Source of the DNA: a virus
Lineage: Duplodnaviria > Heunggongvirae > Uroviricota > Caudoviricetes
Direction: 5' to 3' (one strand)
Length of the DNA stretch: 35,511 nucleotides
Virus record (IMG/VR): IMGVR_UViG_3300012942_000033
Span: 1 to 35,511 of that record
Each line of letters opens with the position of its first letter. Positions within the stretch are counted from its first letter, which is position 1. The notes below the pieces were generated by a model. The model was not told where the DNA came from and ran no database searches. It saw nothing but the letters and a program-made list of their open reading frames with translations. The position numbers were made by a program, and so were the translations under genes. Positions 7,131 through 17,600 of this stretch are shown here, one piece after another.

Positions 7131-8183
7131 ATGGTTGATTCGGCGACAGGCGGTCGCACTACTGATGCGAATGGTCTGCCACTCATGTTGGCAGATAGCC
7201 ATACGGCGTCGAATACCTTTGGTCTTGGGGGTGGGCAATTTTCCAATGCCCCCAAGACCAAGTTCCTCTTCTATGTGAAGTTCTTCCGCCCTGATAGTCA
7301 GGGTGGTTCCGCATGGGAACGTGGTATTGGTCTGGTGGTCAAGAATGTTGATCGCCCTCGGATCTCCTTCAAAACTGAGACCTTGAATCAATACAACCGT
7401 AAACGTGTGGTTCAGACCTCACATGAATTTGACGCTCTACAACTCAAATTCCATGATACGATCAATGAATCAGTGCTCCAGATGTTTTCGGAATATTACC
7501 GCTATTACTATGGTGATAGCGTGGTATCTGGAGCAGGAACGAGTGTCTACGATGTTGTGACTGGAGAACCCTACGAGCTTGGTAAATGGGGATTTCTTCC
7601 ACCTCTTGAAGCTCAGAACTACGCTTACTTCTTCAGCCATATCTCGGTGTATCAGCTCTACAATGGTGTCTATACTCAGTTTGATCTAATCAATCCTAAG
7701 ATCAGCCAGTATAACCCCGATGATTTTGATTACTCATCTGGTGCGATAACCAATGAGATTCAGATCAGCATCGATTTCGAGAGCATTGTTTATCATGACT
7801 CTGCACCTTTGACTGCTGAATTGGCCTCGGAATTTGGTATTGATCGTGCTCAGTTCTGGGATATTCAAGACCGGTATCCATCTAGTGCCAATCCAGGTCT
7901 GGCATCCAATCCAAACAGTATCAAGGGAAGTCTTGGTGACGTGGTGGGGAATGTCTTGACACAAAACCTAGCAAGCCTGGTTACGGGGCAAGGCACTCAA
8001 AGCATTGGTGGTATCGTGAGTAGTATTGCTGGCGCGTATGATGCCAATCGTAGCCTTGCTGTTGGTCAGACCGGTTTGAAGAGCCTCAAGGATCTTGTGA
8101 ATGGTAATACCCAGGGTGCCAAACAAGGTGCCCAAGGTTTGCTGAAGGGCGTTCTTTTCGGTTCCCCTGGGAAGTTCTTCTAA
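7131..8183 (+). CDS. Tube-fold baseplate/tail-tube initiator protein (gp48/gp54-like), 350 aa
   Basis: 'PKTKFLFYVKF', 'VKNVDRPRISF.TETLNQYNRKRVVQT', 'LKFHDT' resemble gp19-fold paralogues; Gly-rich C-terminus; follows the tube gene. Confidence 0.65.
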   Translation: MVDSATGGRTTDANGLPLMLADSHTASNTFGLGGGQFSNAPKTKFLFYVKFFRPDSQGGSAWERGIGLVVKNVDRPRISFKTETLNQYNRKRVVQTSHEFDALQLKFHDTINESVLQMFSEYYRYYYGDSVVSGAGTSVYDVVTGEPYELGKWGFLPPLEAQNYAYFFSHISVYQLYNGVYTQFDLINPKISQYNPDDFDYSSGAITNEIQISIDFESIVYHDSAPLTAELASEFGIDRAQFWDIQDRYPSSANPGLASNPNSIKGSLGDVVGNVLTQNLASLVTGQGTQSIGGIVSSIAGAYDANRSLAVGQTGLKSLKDLVNGNTQGAKQGAQGLLKGVLFGSPGKFF

Positions 8184-8620
8184 TGCCTGGCTATAACCAA
8201 GGGGTTTTCATACCCAAGAACCCTGCCAAATATGTGGGGACCCAACCCATCACATATAGGTCGGCCTGGGAACTCACCTTCATGAACCTATGTGATCAAC
8301 ACCCATATATCCTCCAATGGGCCAGCGAAAGCATCAAGATTCCGTATCAGGATCCATTCACTGGTAAGCTGAGGAACTACATTCCAGATTTCATGATCCT
8401 GTATGTCATTCCATCGACTGGTCAGAAGCGCTTTGAGGTTATTGAAATCAAACCGCTTTCGCAATCAATTCCAGAAGCGGCCCGAACTCGCAAGGATCAG
8501 GAGGCTTTTATCCTCAATGAGGCAAAGTGGAAGGCCGCTTATGCCTGGTGCCGTGCCAATGGAGCAACCTTCCGTGTCATGACCGAACAACAGTTGTACC
8601 GTCAAGCTGGTGGTAAGTAA
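8183..8620 (+). CDS. gp4: Head completion protein (T4 gp4-like, TnsA-like nuclease fold), 145 aa
   Basis: 'YRSAWELTFMNLCD', 'WASESIKIPY', 'YIPDF', 'IEIKP', 'NEAKWKAA..WC'. Confidence 0.9.
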   Translation: MPGYNQGVFIPKNPAKYVGTQPITYRSAWELTFMNLCDQHPYILQWASESIKIPYQDPFTGKLRNYIPDFMILYVIPSTGQKRFEVIEIKPLSQSIPEAARTRKDQEAFILNEAKWKAAYAWCRANGATFRVMTEQQLYRQAGGK

Positions 8621-8634
8621 CCAGAGGTACGATT

Positions 8635-9060
8635 ATGAAATTAGGTATAGTGGGTTACAGCTCTGGTAAGTTTGATGAAGATCAGGCCAAGATCATGATC
8701 CTTAAGGGGATCATGCAGGCAGAGCTTGAAACCAATAGGATGATCACTCAGCTGGTCAGTGGATTAACGGATCAAGGAGTTCCTAGTCTTGCGTATCATC
8801 TAGTCAATGATATGGATATTGAGACCGTTGGTATCGCGTGTGCCAAGGCCTCTGAATATCCATGCTTTCCGGTTGATCAAGAGATCATAGTCGGAGATGA
8901 TTGGGGAGATGAAAGTGAAACCTTCCTTGACCACATTGACGCTCTTGTGAGAGTTGGTGGAGGTGATCAGAGCCTTCGCGAGGTCAAGCAATTCAAGAAG
9001 CTCAAACCTGATGCCTATGTGGTAGAATTTGAGCTACCGAGGGAGGAAGAAGATGACTAA
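8635..9060 (+). CDS. SLOG-superfamily (DprA/YpsA/LOG-like Rossmannoid) protein, 141 aa
   Basis: 'KLGIVGYS', 'LVSGLTDQGVP', 'TVGIAC', 'LVRVGGGDQSLRE' pattern typical of SLOG domains (recalled, not searched). Confidence 0.55.
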   Translation: MKLGIVGYSSGKFDEDQAKIMILKGIMQAELETNRMITQLVSGLTDQGVPSLAYHLVNDMDIETVGIACAKASEYPCFPVDQEIIVGDDWGDESETFLDHIDALVRVGGGDQSLREVKQFKKLKPDAYVVEFELPREEEDD

Positions 9061-9553
9061 GGCTATCACTGATGAACTTGGTCTTCCTAGTCTCCAGGAT
9101 GCACTCAAAGAAGTAGCAGAACAAAGCGGTGAAACCCCTGCTGATCCTCAGGTTGAGCAAATGGCCAACGCTCTTCAGAATGTTGATCCTAAGGATCTAG
9201 TCGTTGAGGATGTCATTGGTGTGAATGATCATACGGCGGAATCCGATGACATTTATGAGATGGCCGTGAAAGCGCATAAGGATCTCCTGGATCTCGGCTT
9301 CAACATCGAACCGAAACATGCTGGTGCAAATGCCTTTACTCCAGCTATGAAAGCCCTGGAGATCGCTCTTAAGGCTAGCCAATCCAAGGCAGCTCGTAAG
9401 ATGGAGCGAATCAAACTCCTGATGGAGAAAGAGGCTCATGAGAAGGAGATGAACCAGGATATCGAGGATGGTGAGATCATCGAGTCAGGTGGTCAGTCAA
9501 TTATCGCCAATCGTAACGATCTAATGGCTAAGATCCGCAAGGGTGAGATCTAA
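9053..9553 (+). CDS. Putative terminase small subunit (gp16-like position and size), 166 aa
   Basis: SD GGAGGA before ATG 9053; helical, 'DLLDLGFNIE', C-terminal 'NRNDLM'; lies between gp4 and terL as in related jumbo phages. Confidence 0.5.
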   Translation: MTKAITDELGLPSLQDALKEVAEQSGETPADPQVEQMANALQNVDPKDLVVEDVIGVNDHTAESDDIYEMAVKAHKDLLDLGFNIEPKHAGANAFTPAMKALEIALKASQSKAARKMERIKLLMEKEAHEKEMNQDIEDGEIIESGGQSIIANRNDLMAKIRKGEI

Positions 9554-9562
9554 GCGACTCTC

Positions 9563-9570
9563 GATAAATA
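9563..9570 (+). promoter_or_regulatory. T4-like late promoter (GATAAATA)
   Basis: Identical octamer to 6494; 30 nt before ATG 9600. Confidence 0.6.
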
Positions 9571-9599
9571 GGTGAAACTCCTATGTGAGAGGCGCGCCC

Positions 9600-10304
9600 A
9601 TGAAGTCTTTTTATCACTACCTGGCTGAGAGCGCTAGGGTCTACAAATACCGCGTCAAGTCGGTCATGCCAATGGATGATCACTTCATCGCAACCCTCAA
9701 AGACGCACTCTTCAAATATGATGTGAAGAGCGTATCCAAACCCAAGAAACTGATGGCGCAGAAGGCACCTCTGGATTTCAGAGACTTCCACATGGCTGAA
9801 GTGTGGGTCGTTGATATCGAGACGGCCATTCCGGCTTCTTCCTACGTTCTAGCGCTCCAATTGAGGAGCGCCCTACAGATTCCTGATAAGATGTTGGTCG
9901 TTCGTGGTGAGAATGAACCAGTCGAAATCGAAGCAGAGAAGATTGAAGAGATTCATAAGGATGATCAGGAGGCTCTCTTGGATCAATCCAATTATGAGGA
10001 AGCTGATCAACCCAAGGAAGTCGCCTATGGTGACGCCTACAACAAGAAGTTCCTCAACTATCTGGCACAGATCAAGGCGGATGGCGATGCCGAGACCGTT
10101 CCAGCAATTGAAGACGTGAAGAAGACCCAGAAGTTCGCCTGGCTAAACCCAAAGGATAAGACTGTCGCTCCTGACTTCAATGAGGAGTTTGATACGGTTA
10201 AGCCAGTTCACAGCAACACCAAGAAAGCAGGAACCAAGGCTGATAAGCCCAACCTGACTGGCAATTATGGTAATTATGACGAGAACGTCAAGAGGAAGGG
10301 CTAA
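9600..10304 (+). CDS. Conserved head-associated protein with capsid-targeting-like N-terminus, 234 aa
   Basis: MKSFYHYLAE resembles the T4 internal-protein leader MKTYQEFIAE; SD GAGAGG. Confidence 0.7.
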   Translation: MKSFYHYLAESARVYKYRVKSVMPMDDHFIATLKDALFKYDVKSVSKPKKLMAQKAPLDFRDFHMAEVWVVDIETAIPASSYVLALQLRSALQIPDKMLVVRGENEPVEIEAEKIEEIHKDDQEALLDQSNYEEADQPKEVAYGDAYNKKFLNYLAQIKADGDAETVPAIEDVKKTQKFAWLNPKDKTVAPDFNEEFDTVKPVHSNTKKAGTKADKPNLTGNYGNYDENVKRKG

Positions 10305-10306
10305 CG

Positions 10307-13018
10307 ATGAGCGATAAAAAGAAGCTAGACGAGGCCGCAACCCTCAATGTCAGCAATGCCGATGGCGATGTGAATTCCAGCACTACCTTTAGTGCTGATG
10401 ATCTTCCACAACTCGCTCTTCTCCTAAAGCACGCTGGCGTTGAATCGGCCATGTTTAATGGCCCAGCCAGCCTCAGTGTTGATCAGCAGACTCCAACTGG
10501 AACGGTCTCGACGAGTATCCAGGCTCCTGATCTACGTTCCATCATGAACATGATGGAACCAGACTTCCAAGCTGCTGGTGATATGGAAGATGCGGTCAAT
10601 GACACGGTATCCGATATGGAGCCAGAAACACCAGAGATTGCCCCTGAGAGCCCCGTTGAAGAGCCGATCGATGATACAGGAGCCGTGGATGCTGTCGTGG
10701 ATGATGAGGGTAATTTGGCCCTTGCTGACGAATCCATTGAACCTGTTCTCGAGAACTCAGAAGACGACTTCTACGAGGAGATGGATAGGTTTGATCCTTC
10801 CAACCTGACTCAGGAGATGGGCACTGACTTCATTGGTGGAACTTATCAGGATTATGATGTCGCGTATAAGCAGGTTCCTGCTGGCGTGGAGATCAGTGAA
10901 GCTGATGAGGATGACCTTATTGAAGAGCTAATGCGCTTTGCCGATAAGCCAGAAGGCCCTGATATGGTTTGCTGGGTTCACCTGGATGAGAATGGCGACC
11001 CCGACACTAGTGTTCCTAATACGCTGGTTGTTGGATGGGCTGTTGGTGATGGTGATGGTGATGATGAGGATGAGGATGATTTAGAAGAAGCCTCAGATGC
11101 TGACCTCCAGACATTCGAAGTATCTGTCGAATGTGCCTGGGAAGCTGGCAATGACGAGGATGAAGACGAATATGAGGATGAGGATGATGATGCCTCTGGT
11201 GGTTGGTCAACTCATTGGGAAACTATCTACAAGAAGATCCAAGCTGCAACCTGGCAGGAAGCCAAAGCTATGGCTGAAGCCGAGATTAAGCATTATGGCG
11301 GTGATGTAGATCCCCAGGGCGCCATGTTTGAGATGATGGATAATGGTTGGGAAGAGGGTAATACTGGTTCCTCGATGACCGAAGAGCATGGCATTTGGGT
11401 GATGAATATCGTTCAAAATGACAGAATGGTCTACGTCAAGGAAGACCTTACCGAGGAAGCTGATTACGATTATCGTGAGCATGACGTTCATCCTAAGACC
11501 TATACCGGCCTAGGTAGCCGAGATATCGTTCAGCCTGACACCAAGAGAGTTCCAGCTCGTTCATCGGATAATCCAATGCCAGAGAGCAAGACCTTCTCCG
11601 ATTATGTCAGGGAAGCTCAGGAGCGTAACCCACTAGCTGAACAGGAGGCCCAGAAGGTTACTACCCAGACCCTTCTGGATGAGTTTCGACTCCAAGAGCT
11701 AAGCAGAGACACCCTGGATTCCTACACCGCAAAAGCGAAGGCTTCAAAAGCTAGCAATGAGAAGAAAGCAGGAACTCTTGACGATCTGATCCGTGACCGA
11801 GAAATCAGATCACGAGCCGGTATTGGTCATAACGATAATGCTGACGCTCGTTTGAAGAGCAAAAGAGCAAAGCATGATCGAAATGCTTGGAAGCGTGAAA
11901 AAGGTCTTGATCGTCTTGGAGCATCTGATGATCAACTAGATGAGATCAGCAACGATACCAAGAATAGCTACTTCAAGAAAGCAGCTGATCAGATCAATCG
12001 TCATGCCAACCATTCAGCTATGCATCGCGAACTTGGCAATCATGACATGGCTGACCAGCATGATGCCCTGATCGCTAAGCGTGCCAAGGGTATGAATGCG
12101 GCCATTGCTAAGGAAGATCACACCTATTCGGCCAAGGCTGCGTCAAAGGGTAAGGATCTTGGTAAGCCTGGTAAGAACTTCGATAAGATCGCCAAGAAGG
12201 CGGCCAAGGAATATGGTTCCAAGGAAGCTGGTGAGCGAGTAGCTGGAGCGATTCTATCAAAGCTTCGCCATAAGCATGAATCAATGGAAGAGGATCTCGA
12301 CATCAAGGATATCAAGAACCATGAGATTGATCTCGATGATCCAGCAAATGATGAGGTGGAGAACCTGAGGAAGGCCTCTCCAGCAAAGCGCTCTAAGATC
12401 ATCAAGGATGTTGAACGCGACATGCATGAAGATGAGCAGCCAGGCGACCGCTATGTCGTGAGGTCAAGGGCTTATCCTCCATATGGTTATCATGTTGTTG
12501 ATACACATGAGCCGGATGTATGGCATAATGCGGTCACACCAATCACAAAGAATCCATATGAAGCTCAGGCTGATGCCGATGTTCTAAATGGCCGACCACA
12601 TCCACAGGATCCTTCGCTAAATGGTGAAGTTGATGAAGGTTACAATGAGGATTATCGCCGTAAGGTGAACCAATATGGTGAACCATTCTACCTGAATACT
12701 GATTGTGGTTATGCCAGCCTTGAGGATATCAAAGCAGGTGCTGGATATTTTGATTACAAGGATGGCTTCACCGTTCTTGAAATGGATCGCAACGGCAAGA
12801 AAGGCCTCAATTACATCACCGGTTATACAAAGACACCAATTGGTACCAAGGTTACCTGTGTGACCCAGACGAGAACCGGTCAAAAGTTCCGCCCTGGTGT
12901 AGTAGTGGCGGCATATACTGATGATGAGGTTGAGCACCAGTACGAGAACGTAGCTGCTGACCTCGCAAGACTAGGCATCACTCCAACTAAAAAGCTGTCA
13001 GTCAAGACATTCGACTAA
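10307..13018 (+). CDS. Large acidic modular head/internal protein (probable protease-processed polyprotein), 903 aa
   Basis: Many (L/I/V)xE sites, D/E tracts, two 'LxE(L/I)SxxTxxSYxxKA' repeats, basic module 'YSAKAASKGKDLGKPGKNFDKIA'. Confidence 0.7.
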   Translation: MSDKKKLDEAATLNVSNADGDVNSSTTFSADDLPQLALLLKHAGVESAMFNGPASLSVDQQTPTGTVSTSIQAPDLRSIMNMMEPDFQAAGDMEDAVNDTVSDMEPETPEIAPESPVEEPIDDTGAVDAVVDDEGNLALADESIEPVLENSEDDFYEEMDRFDPSNLTQEMGTDFIGGTYQDYDVAYKQVPAGVEISEADEDDLIEELMRFADKPEGPDMVCWVHLDENGDPDTSVPNTLVVGWAVGDGDGDDEDEDDLEEASDADLQTFEVSVECAWEAGNDEDEDEYEDEDDDASGGWSTHWETIYKKIQAATWQEAKAMAEAEIKHYGGDVDPQGAMFEMMDNGWEEGNTGSSMTEEHGIWVMNIVQNDRMVYVKEDLTEEADYDYREHDVHPKTYTGLGSRDIVQPDTKRVPARSSDNPMPESKTFSDYVREAQERNPLAEQEAQKVTTQTLLDEFRLQELSRDTLDSYTAKAKASKASNEKKAGTLDDLIRDREIRSRAGIGHNDNADARLKSKRAKHDRNAWKREKGLDRLGASDDQLDEISNDTKNSYFKKAADQINRHANHSAMHRELGNHDMADQHDALIAKRAKGMNAAIAKEDHTYSAKAASKGKDLGKPGKNFDKIAKKAAKEYGSKEAGERVAGAILSKLRHKHESMEEDLDIKDIKNHEIDLDDPANDEVENLRKASPAKRSKIIKDVERDMHEDEQPGDRYVVRSRAYPPYGYHVVDTHEPDVWHNAVTPITKNPYEAQADADVLNGRPHPQDPSLNGEVDEGYNEDYRRKVNQYGEPFYLNTDCGYASLEDIKAGAGYFDYKDGFTVLEMDRNGKKGLNYITGYTKTPIGTKVTCVTQTRTGQKFRPGVVVAAYTDDEVEHQYENVAADLARLGITPTKKLSVKTFD

Positions 13019-13030
13019 TGAAAGGAATCT

Positions 13031-13056
13031 GGGCGACAGTGGAGTGACTGTCGCCC
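13031..13056 (+). promoter_or_regulatory. Perfect 10-bp hairpin in the terL translation initiation region
   Basis: GGGCGACAGT-ggagtg-ACTGTCGCCC between AAAGGA (13021-26) and ATG 13066. Confidence 0.6.
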
Positions 13057-13065
13057 CAATCACCT

Positions 13066-14646
13066 ATGGCTAAAGAAATTGAGATTATCAAGAAGGGTTA
13101 TTCTAAGGATCGCTTCAATCTAAACCAGATTGAAGAGCTCCGCAAATGTATGAAGGACCCTATCTACTTTTGTAAGAACTACGTCAAGATCCAGCACCCT
13201 ATCAAAGGTCGAGTTCCATTCGACCTCTGGGAATACCAGGAAGACATGATTGGTGCTTTTCATGAAAACAGATACTGTATCGCACTAACAGCCCGACAAA
13301 TGGGAAAAACGACAGTGGCGGCTGGATTCCTTCTTTGGAAGGCGATGTTTGAGCCAGATACCACGATCCTTATCGCAGCTAACAAATACACGGCCGCCTT
13401 GGAGATCATGGATAGAATCAGGTTCGCCTATGAGAATCTAGAGCAATACAACTGGTTGCGCTGTGGTGTTGTTGAATACAACAAGGGAACGATATCCTTT
13501 GACAATGGTTCAAGGATCATCAGTCGAGCAACCTCCAAGGATGCCGGTCGTGGTCTTTCGATCTCCTTACTTTACCTGGATGAGTTTGCGTTCGTTCAGC
13601 CCAATAAGGCCGAAGAATTCTGGTCAGCTATTGCACCTACCTTGTCTACTGGTGGTAACTGTATCATCACATCTACTCCAAACAATGATGAGGATCAGTT
13701 CGCCAAGATCTGGTTCGCAGCCATTAACAACCTGGATGAGCATGGTAACGAGATTCCAGGTGGTGTTGGTTCTAACGGTTATAAGCCCATTCGAGTAACA
13801 TGGGATAAGAACCCAGAGCGTGATGAGAAATGGGCTCAGGAGCAGAGATCACAACTAGGTGAGGAGAAGTTCCAACGAGAGTATGAGTGTAAGTTCGTCT
13901 CCGAGGATGAGACCCTTATCAATCCTATGGTTCTTGCCAATCTTTCACCAAATGATCACATCTTCAAGATTGGTGAAATGCGATGGTTCGATGAGCCACA
14001 AGCTAACCACATCTATGGTGCCACTCTAGATCCTTCAATGGGAACCGGTTCTGACTATTCGGCGATTCAGGTCTTCGATATGAGCACTATGACCCAAGTA
14101 GCTGAATGGCGACACAATAAGACGAACATTCAGACGCAGGTGGATATCCTGCGCAAGTCGCTTTTGTATATACATTACACCCTAGCCAACAACCCAGACC
14201 AGGATGGTGATCCGGAGATCTACTGGACAGTAGAGAACAATAGTTTGGGTGAAGCAGCTCTGGTTCAAATCGATAACATCGGCGAGGAGAACTTTCCGGG
14301 TATCTTCACTCATGAACCAAGAAAGACAGGTGGTGGTAGAGGTCGCAAAGGTCTGAATACCAATATGCGAACCAAGATGACTGCCTGCTCACGTTTTAAG
14401 ACTCTCATTGAGACTCATCGGATGACACTGAAGAGTCGAGCTCTCTTGACTGAACTCAAGAATTTCGTGCGAGGTGGTGGTTCATATCAGGCCAAAGCTG
14501 GCATCAATGATGACTTGGTTATGGCTACTCTACAGGTTGTGCGACTCCTACAGATCTGCGCCGATTGGGAAGAGCAGATTGAGGTCAACCTTAAGGACAT
14601 ATCGGATGGAGATGAGAGCTCTGCGCCCATGCCTATCGTAGTCTGA
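13066..14646 (+). CDS. gp17: Terminase large subunit (gp17-like), 526 aa
   Basis: 'YVKIQHP', Q-motif 'LWEYQ', Walker A 'ARQMGKT', Walker B 'LYLDEFAF', 'ITSTPN', nuclease 'LDPSMG.GSDYS' and 'NDDLVMA'. Confidence 0.97.
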   Translation: MAKEIEIIKKGYSKDRFNLNQIEELRKCMKDPIYFCKNYVKIQHPIKGRVPFDLWEYQEDMIGAFHENRYCIALTARQMGKTTVAAGFLLWKAMFEPDTTILIAANKYTAALEIMDRIRFAYENLEQYNWLRCGVVEYNKGTISFDNGSRIISRATSKDAGRGLSISLLYLDEFAFVQPNKAEEFWSAIAPTLSTGGNCIITSTPNNDEDQFAKIWFAAINNLDEHGNEIPGGVGSNGYKPIRVTWDKNPERDEKWAQEQRSQLGEEKFQREYECKFVSEDETLINPMVLANLSPNDHIFKIGEMRWFDEPQANHIYGATLDPSMGTGSDYSAIQVFDMSTMTQVAEWRHNKTNIQTQVDILRKSLLYIHYTLANNPDQDGDPEIYWTVENNSLGEAALVQIDNIGEENFPGIFTHEPRKTGGGRGRKGLNTNMRTKMTACSRFKTLIETHRMTLKSRALLTELKNFVRGGGSYQAKAGINDDLVMATLQVVRLLQICADWEEQIEVNLKDISDGDESSAPMPIVV

Positions 14647-14658
14647 GGTTCGGTTTAC

Positions 14659-14666
14659 GCTAAATA
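14659..14666 (+). promoter_or_regulatory. T4-like late promoter (GCTAAATA)
   Basis: TAAATA core before SD AGGAGG and ATG 14690. Confidence 0.55.
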
Positions 14667-14689
14667 TCAGACTTGTAGGAGGGAATCAC

Positions 14690-17600
14690 ATGAGCTCACT
14701 GTTTGATAGCCTCAGTGAAGAGCTATTCCAGGTTCTTAAGGGATCTGGTAAGACTCTGACGCTCTATGGTTCTGATGGTAACAAGACCTACGATCCTGGA
14801 ACCGCTCGTCGAATGTTTGCCACCCCTGGCAACATGATGGTAAGTGTCGTGGAGGCAGGCTCAGATAGTGAAGTGAAACTCTACTTGAGCGCTTCAGCGG
14901 ATATCAGAGCTATCAGCGGTTTGATCAATACGATCAGGCAGATCACCACTCGTTATAACGTCATGTTTAACGTGAGAAAATACGGCCGCGAACTCCAACC
15001 AAAGGATTTCGCCTACCAGACCGTTGGGGTCTCGGAAGCCAATATGTGGGGTTCGACCAAGACCTCCTACCAGAGGATTGGTTCGAGCAAACTCATCGTG
15101 CGTCATTGTGCTCCAATTCGTGAAGGTGTGATTGGAGCTCGCGGCCGTAACATCTTGAGTATGTTTGTCGAGACCGCCGAAGGCGAACGCTTCAAATTTC
15201 CGGTTACCCATTTGAGTGGTGGCCGAGCATTTGCCCGCCATATGGCACAGGGTGGCAAACCACATGATGTAATTGGAACTCAGATCGTTGAGTTGGCCCA
15301 AGAGAGTCTTCAGTTGGCTCAGACCAATCGCTACATTCGCTATTGCCGCAATATCCTGGATGAATCGGCCAGTGCTTTGCGCCCAATACTCAAAGATCGC
15401 ATTCTTGAGATTCGTAAGGCGTTTCAGAGTCTATCGGGCCCTCGAGGTTACACCAGGGTTCTCGAAGCCGGTCTTCCTACAAAAGCTCTGCTTACCGAGG
15501 ATGAAGCCATAGAGAGTGAGATTGCTCGCCTTCAGACCCTCCTCCAAATTGATTCCAATCATTCACTGGCCGAGGCTCTTAAGCCAGTGGCTCTACTAAC
15601 AATGGGTGAACAAATGACCAACATGAACAACCTGTTTCAGGGTGTCATCGCACTTGGCGAGGATACTGCTGATTCGCTCGTGGAGACACTTGCAGATGAG
15701 TATGGCCACGATATCTCGGGTGTAACCCGTTTTGGCAACCATTTGGCATTTAATGAAGATGTCATGTTTGAGGATGCTCGTTCTTATCTCGACCTCATCG
15801 AAGCAGCCTATACGCTGAATGAGAACGACGCGGTTCTCGATTACGCAACGGCTTGGACCCAGGCACGCTATCGTGCTTCTGGTGAAACTGGTGCGATGGA
15901 TAGGGATCAGGAGAAGAGTGTTGATGAGTTGGCTGATGGCCTGCGTGACATTCTATCGGGTAACATCGAGATGCCCGAATACCCATTTGGTCAGGAACCA
16001 AAGTTCCGTGATGAGAGTGCAGCTATTCGATTCTTCCTGGATCTCTACGTGAGCCAGCACAAACTGGCCAATCCAGCAACCCTCAACTATGTCAGCACTA
16101 TCATTGATAAGATGGCCGAGGGTCAGAAGCTAGATGGTGCTGAGAAGACCATCGCTAAGAAGCTCTACACGGCTCTAGAGGATCATGTTGATGCCAATAT
16201 GCCAGACGTCGATGAGAGTGTGATCGACGAGGCCGGCCCTTATGATGATAAGGAAGGCTGGGATATGGATCACCAGTATTTCAAGGATAACCCTGACAAG
16301 GCCTTCGATATGGAGGTTGAGCATATTGTTGATAACTTTGACATTGATGCCTGGTTGGCTGATGAATATCCAGTGGTCATGAACGGCGATGAGAAGGATG
16401 TTCCTCTTGATGCTGATGAGATGAAGCAGAGCCTTGCTCGTTCCATTGCTCATGAGATGGGCCAGATGGATTACAATGTGAAGCCAGAGCAATTCAGTCA
16501 TGAGGCTGACCAGCTCTTCAAGCACATTCGTAAGGAATGTGAAGACCGCGGTTATCACTTCCAAGATACTGTTCAGGAGTTTGCCGAATGGGAAGAGAAG
16601 CCAGAGCATCACGGTCTTTCGGCCGGCGATCATGTAGCCTCGGATATGGGCCCAGCTGTAGTGGTTTCGGTTGAAGGTGATCTAGCAGTTGTGGAATTCC
16701 TACATGGTGGTACGAAGACCCTCCACGTTGATGACCTGGATAAGGTTCCTGCCCTTGGTGGTGTGGCAGAAGAGAATGAGCTAGCTGAATGGTTCGATAG
16801 TTTTTCGCCAAGAGCCGTGCTTGAGCGCAATGCTATCATGGATGGTTGGGAGAATGGTCTACCAACCCAGGAGAAGAAGACCGTAGCCGGTTTCGACGAT
16901 AATATCAAGAAGGGTGATCGTGTAACTCATCCAAAATATGGTGCGGGTAAGGTCGTTGACGATAACGGCAAATTCGTGAAGGTGGAATTCGATAAGAGTC
17001 ATCCTCGTTTGCCAGAATACCGCACTATCACGGTACAGCCAGGCACACTTACCAAGGCTGGTGGAACTCGCATTGGTAAGCCTATTGATGAGGCCAAGGT
17101 TCCAGTCTATCACAGTGTCTTCAGCCAAAATGATGATGGCACTTGGGGTCACCACTTTGATGCTGATGATGCCCAGGATGCCAAAGATGAAGAGCGTTGG
17201 TTGAAGAACGGTGGCACAAAGGCCATGACGATCAAGGTTCCAAAGGAACAGGCAGATTGGACCAAGGTTGACCCTAATGAGTTCGTGAAGAACCATCTAG
17301 CAGCCAAGGCAAAACCTCAAGTTGCTGAGGATGATCTGAATGAACTCTCCAAGGAGAAGGTGACCGATTACTTTGGTCGAGCGGCAAGCGATCGTGCCCG
17401 TGCTGAGAAGACTGGTCATACCCGTCTATCACATCGTGATCGCGGTCTTGGTCGTGCTTTCAAGAAGATGCATGAATCAATCCTAGCAGAAGGTGTAGAG
17501 CTTCCAGCTGGTGCTCTTGATAAGATTTTCTCGGAACTCCGTGATCTGGCCGACAAGGCCCTAGCTGATCCTGAGGCATATCGTCTTTCAGAGCCAGTTG

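Noticed and set aside
11040-11195. GAT/GAG-rich tandem-like DNA
   Set aside because: Explained by Asp/Glu tracts in the coding frame, not a separate repeat element
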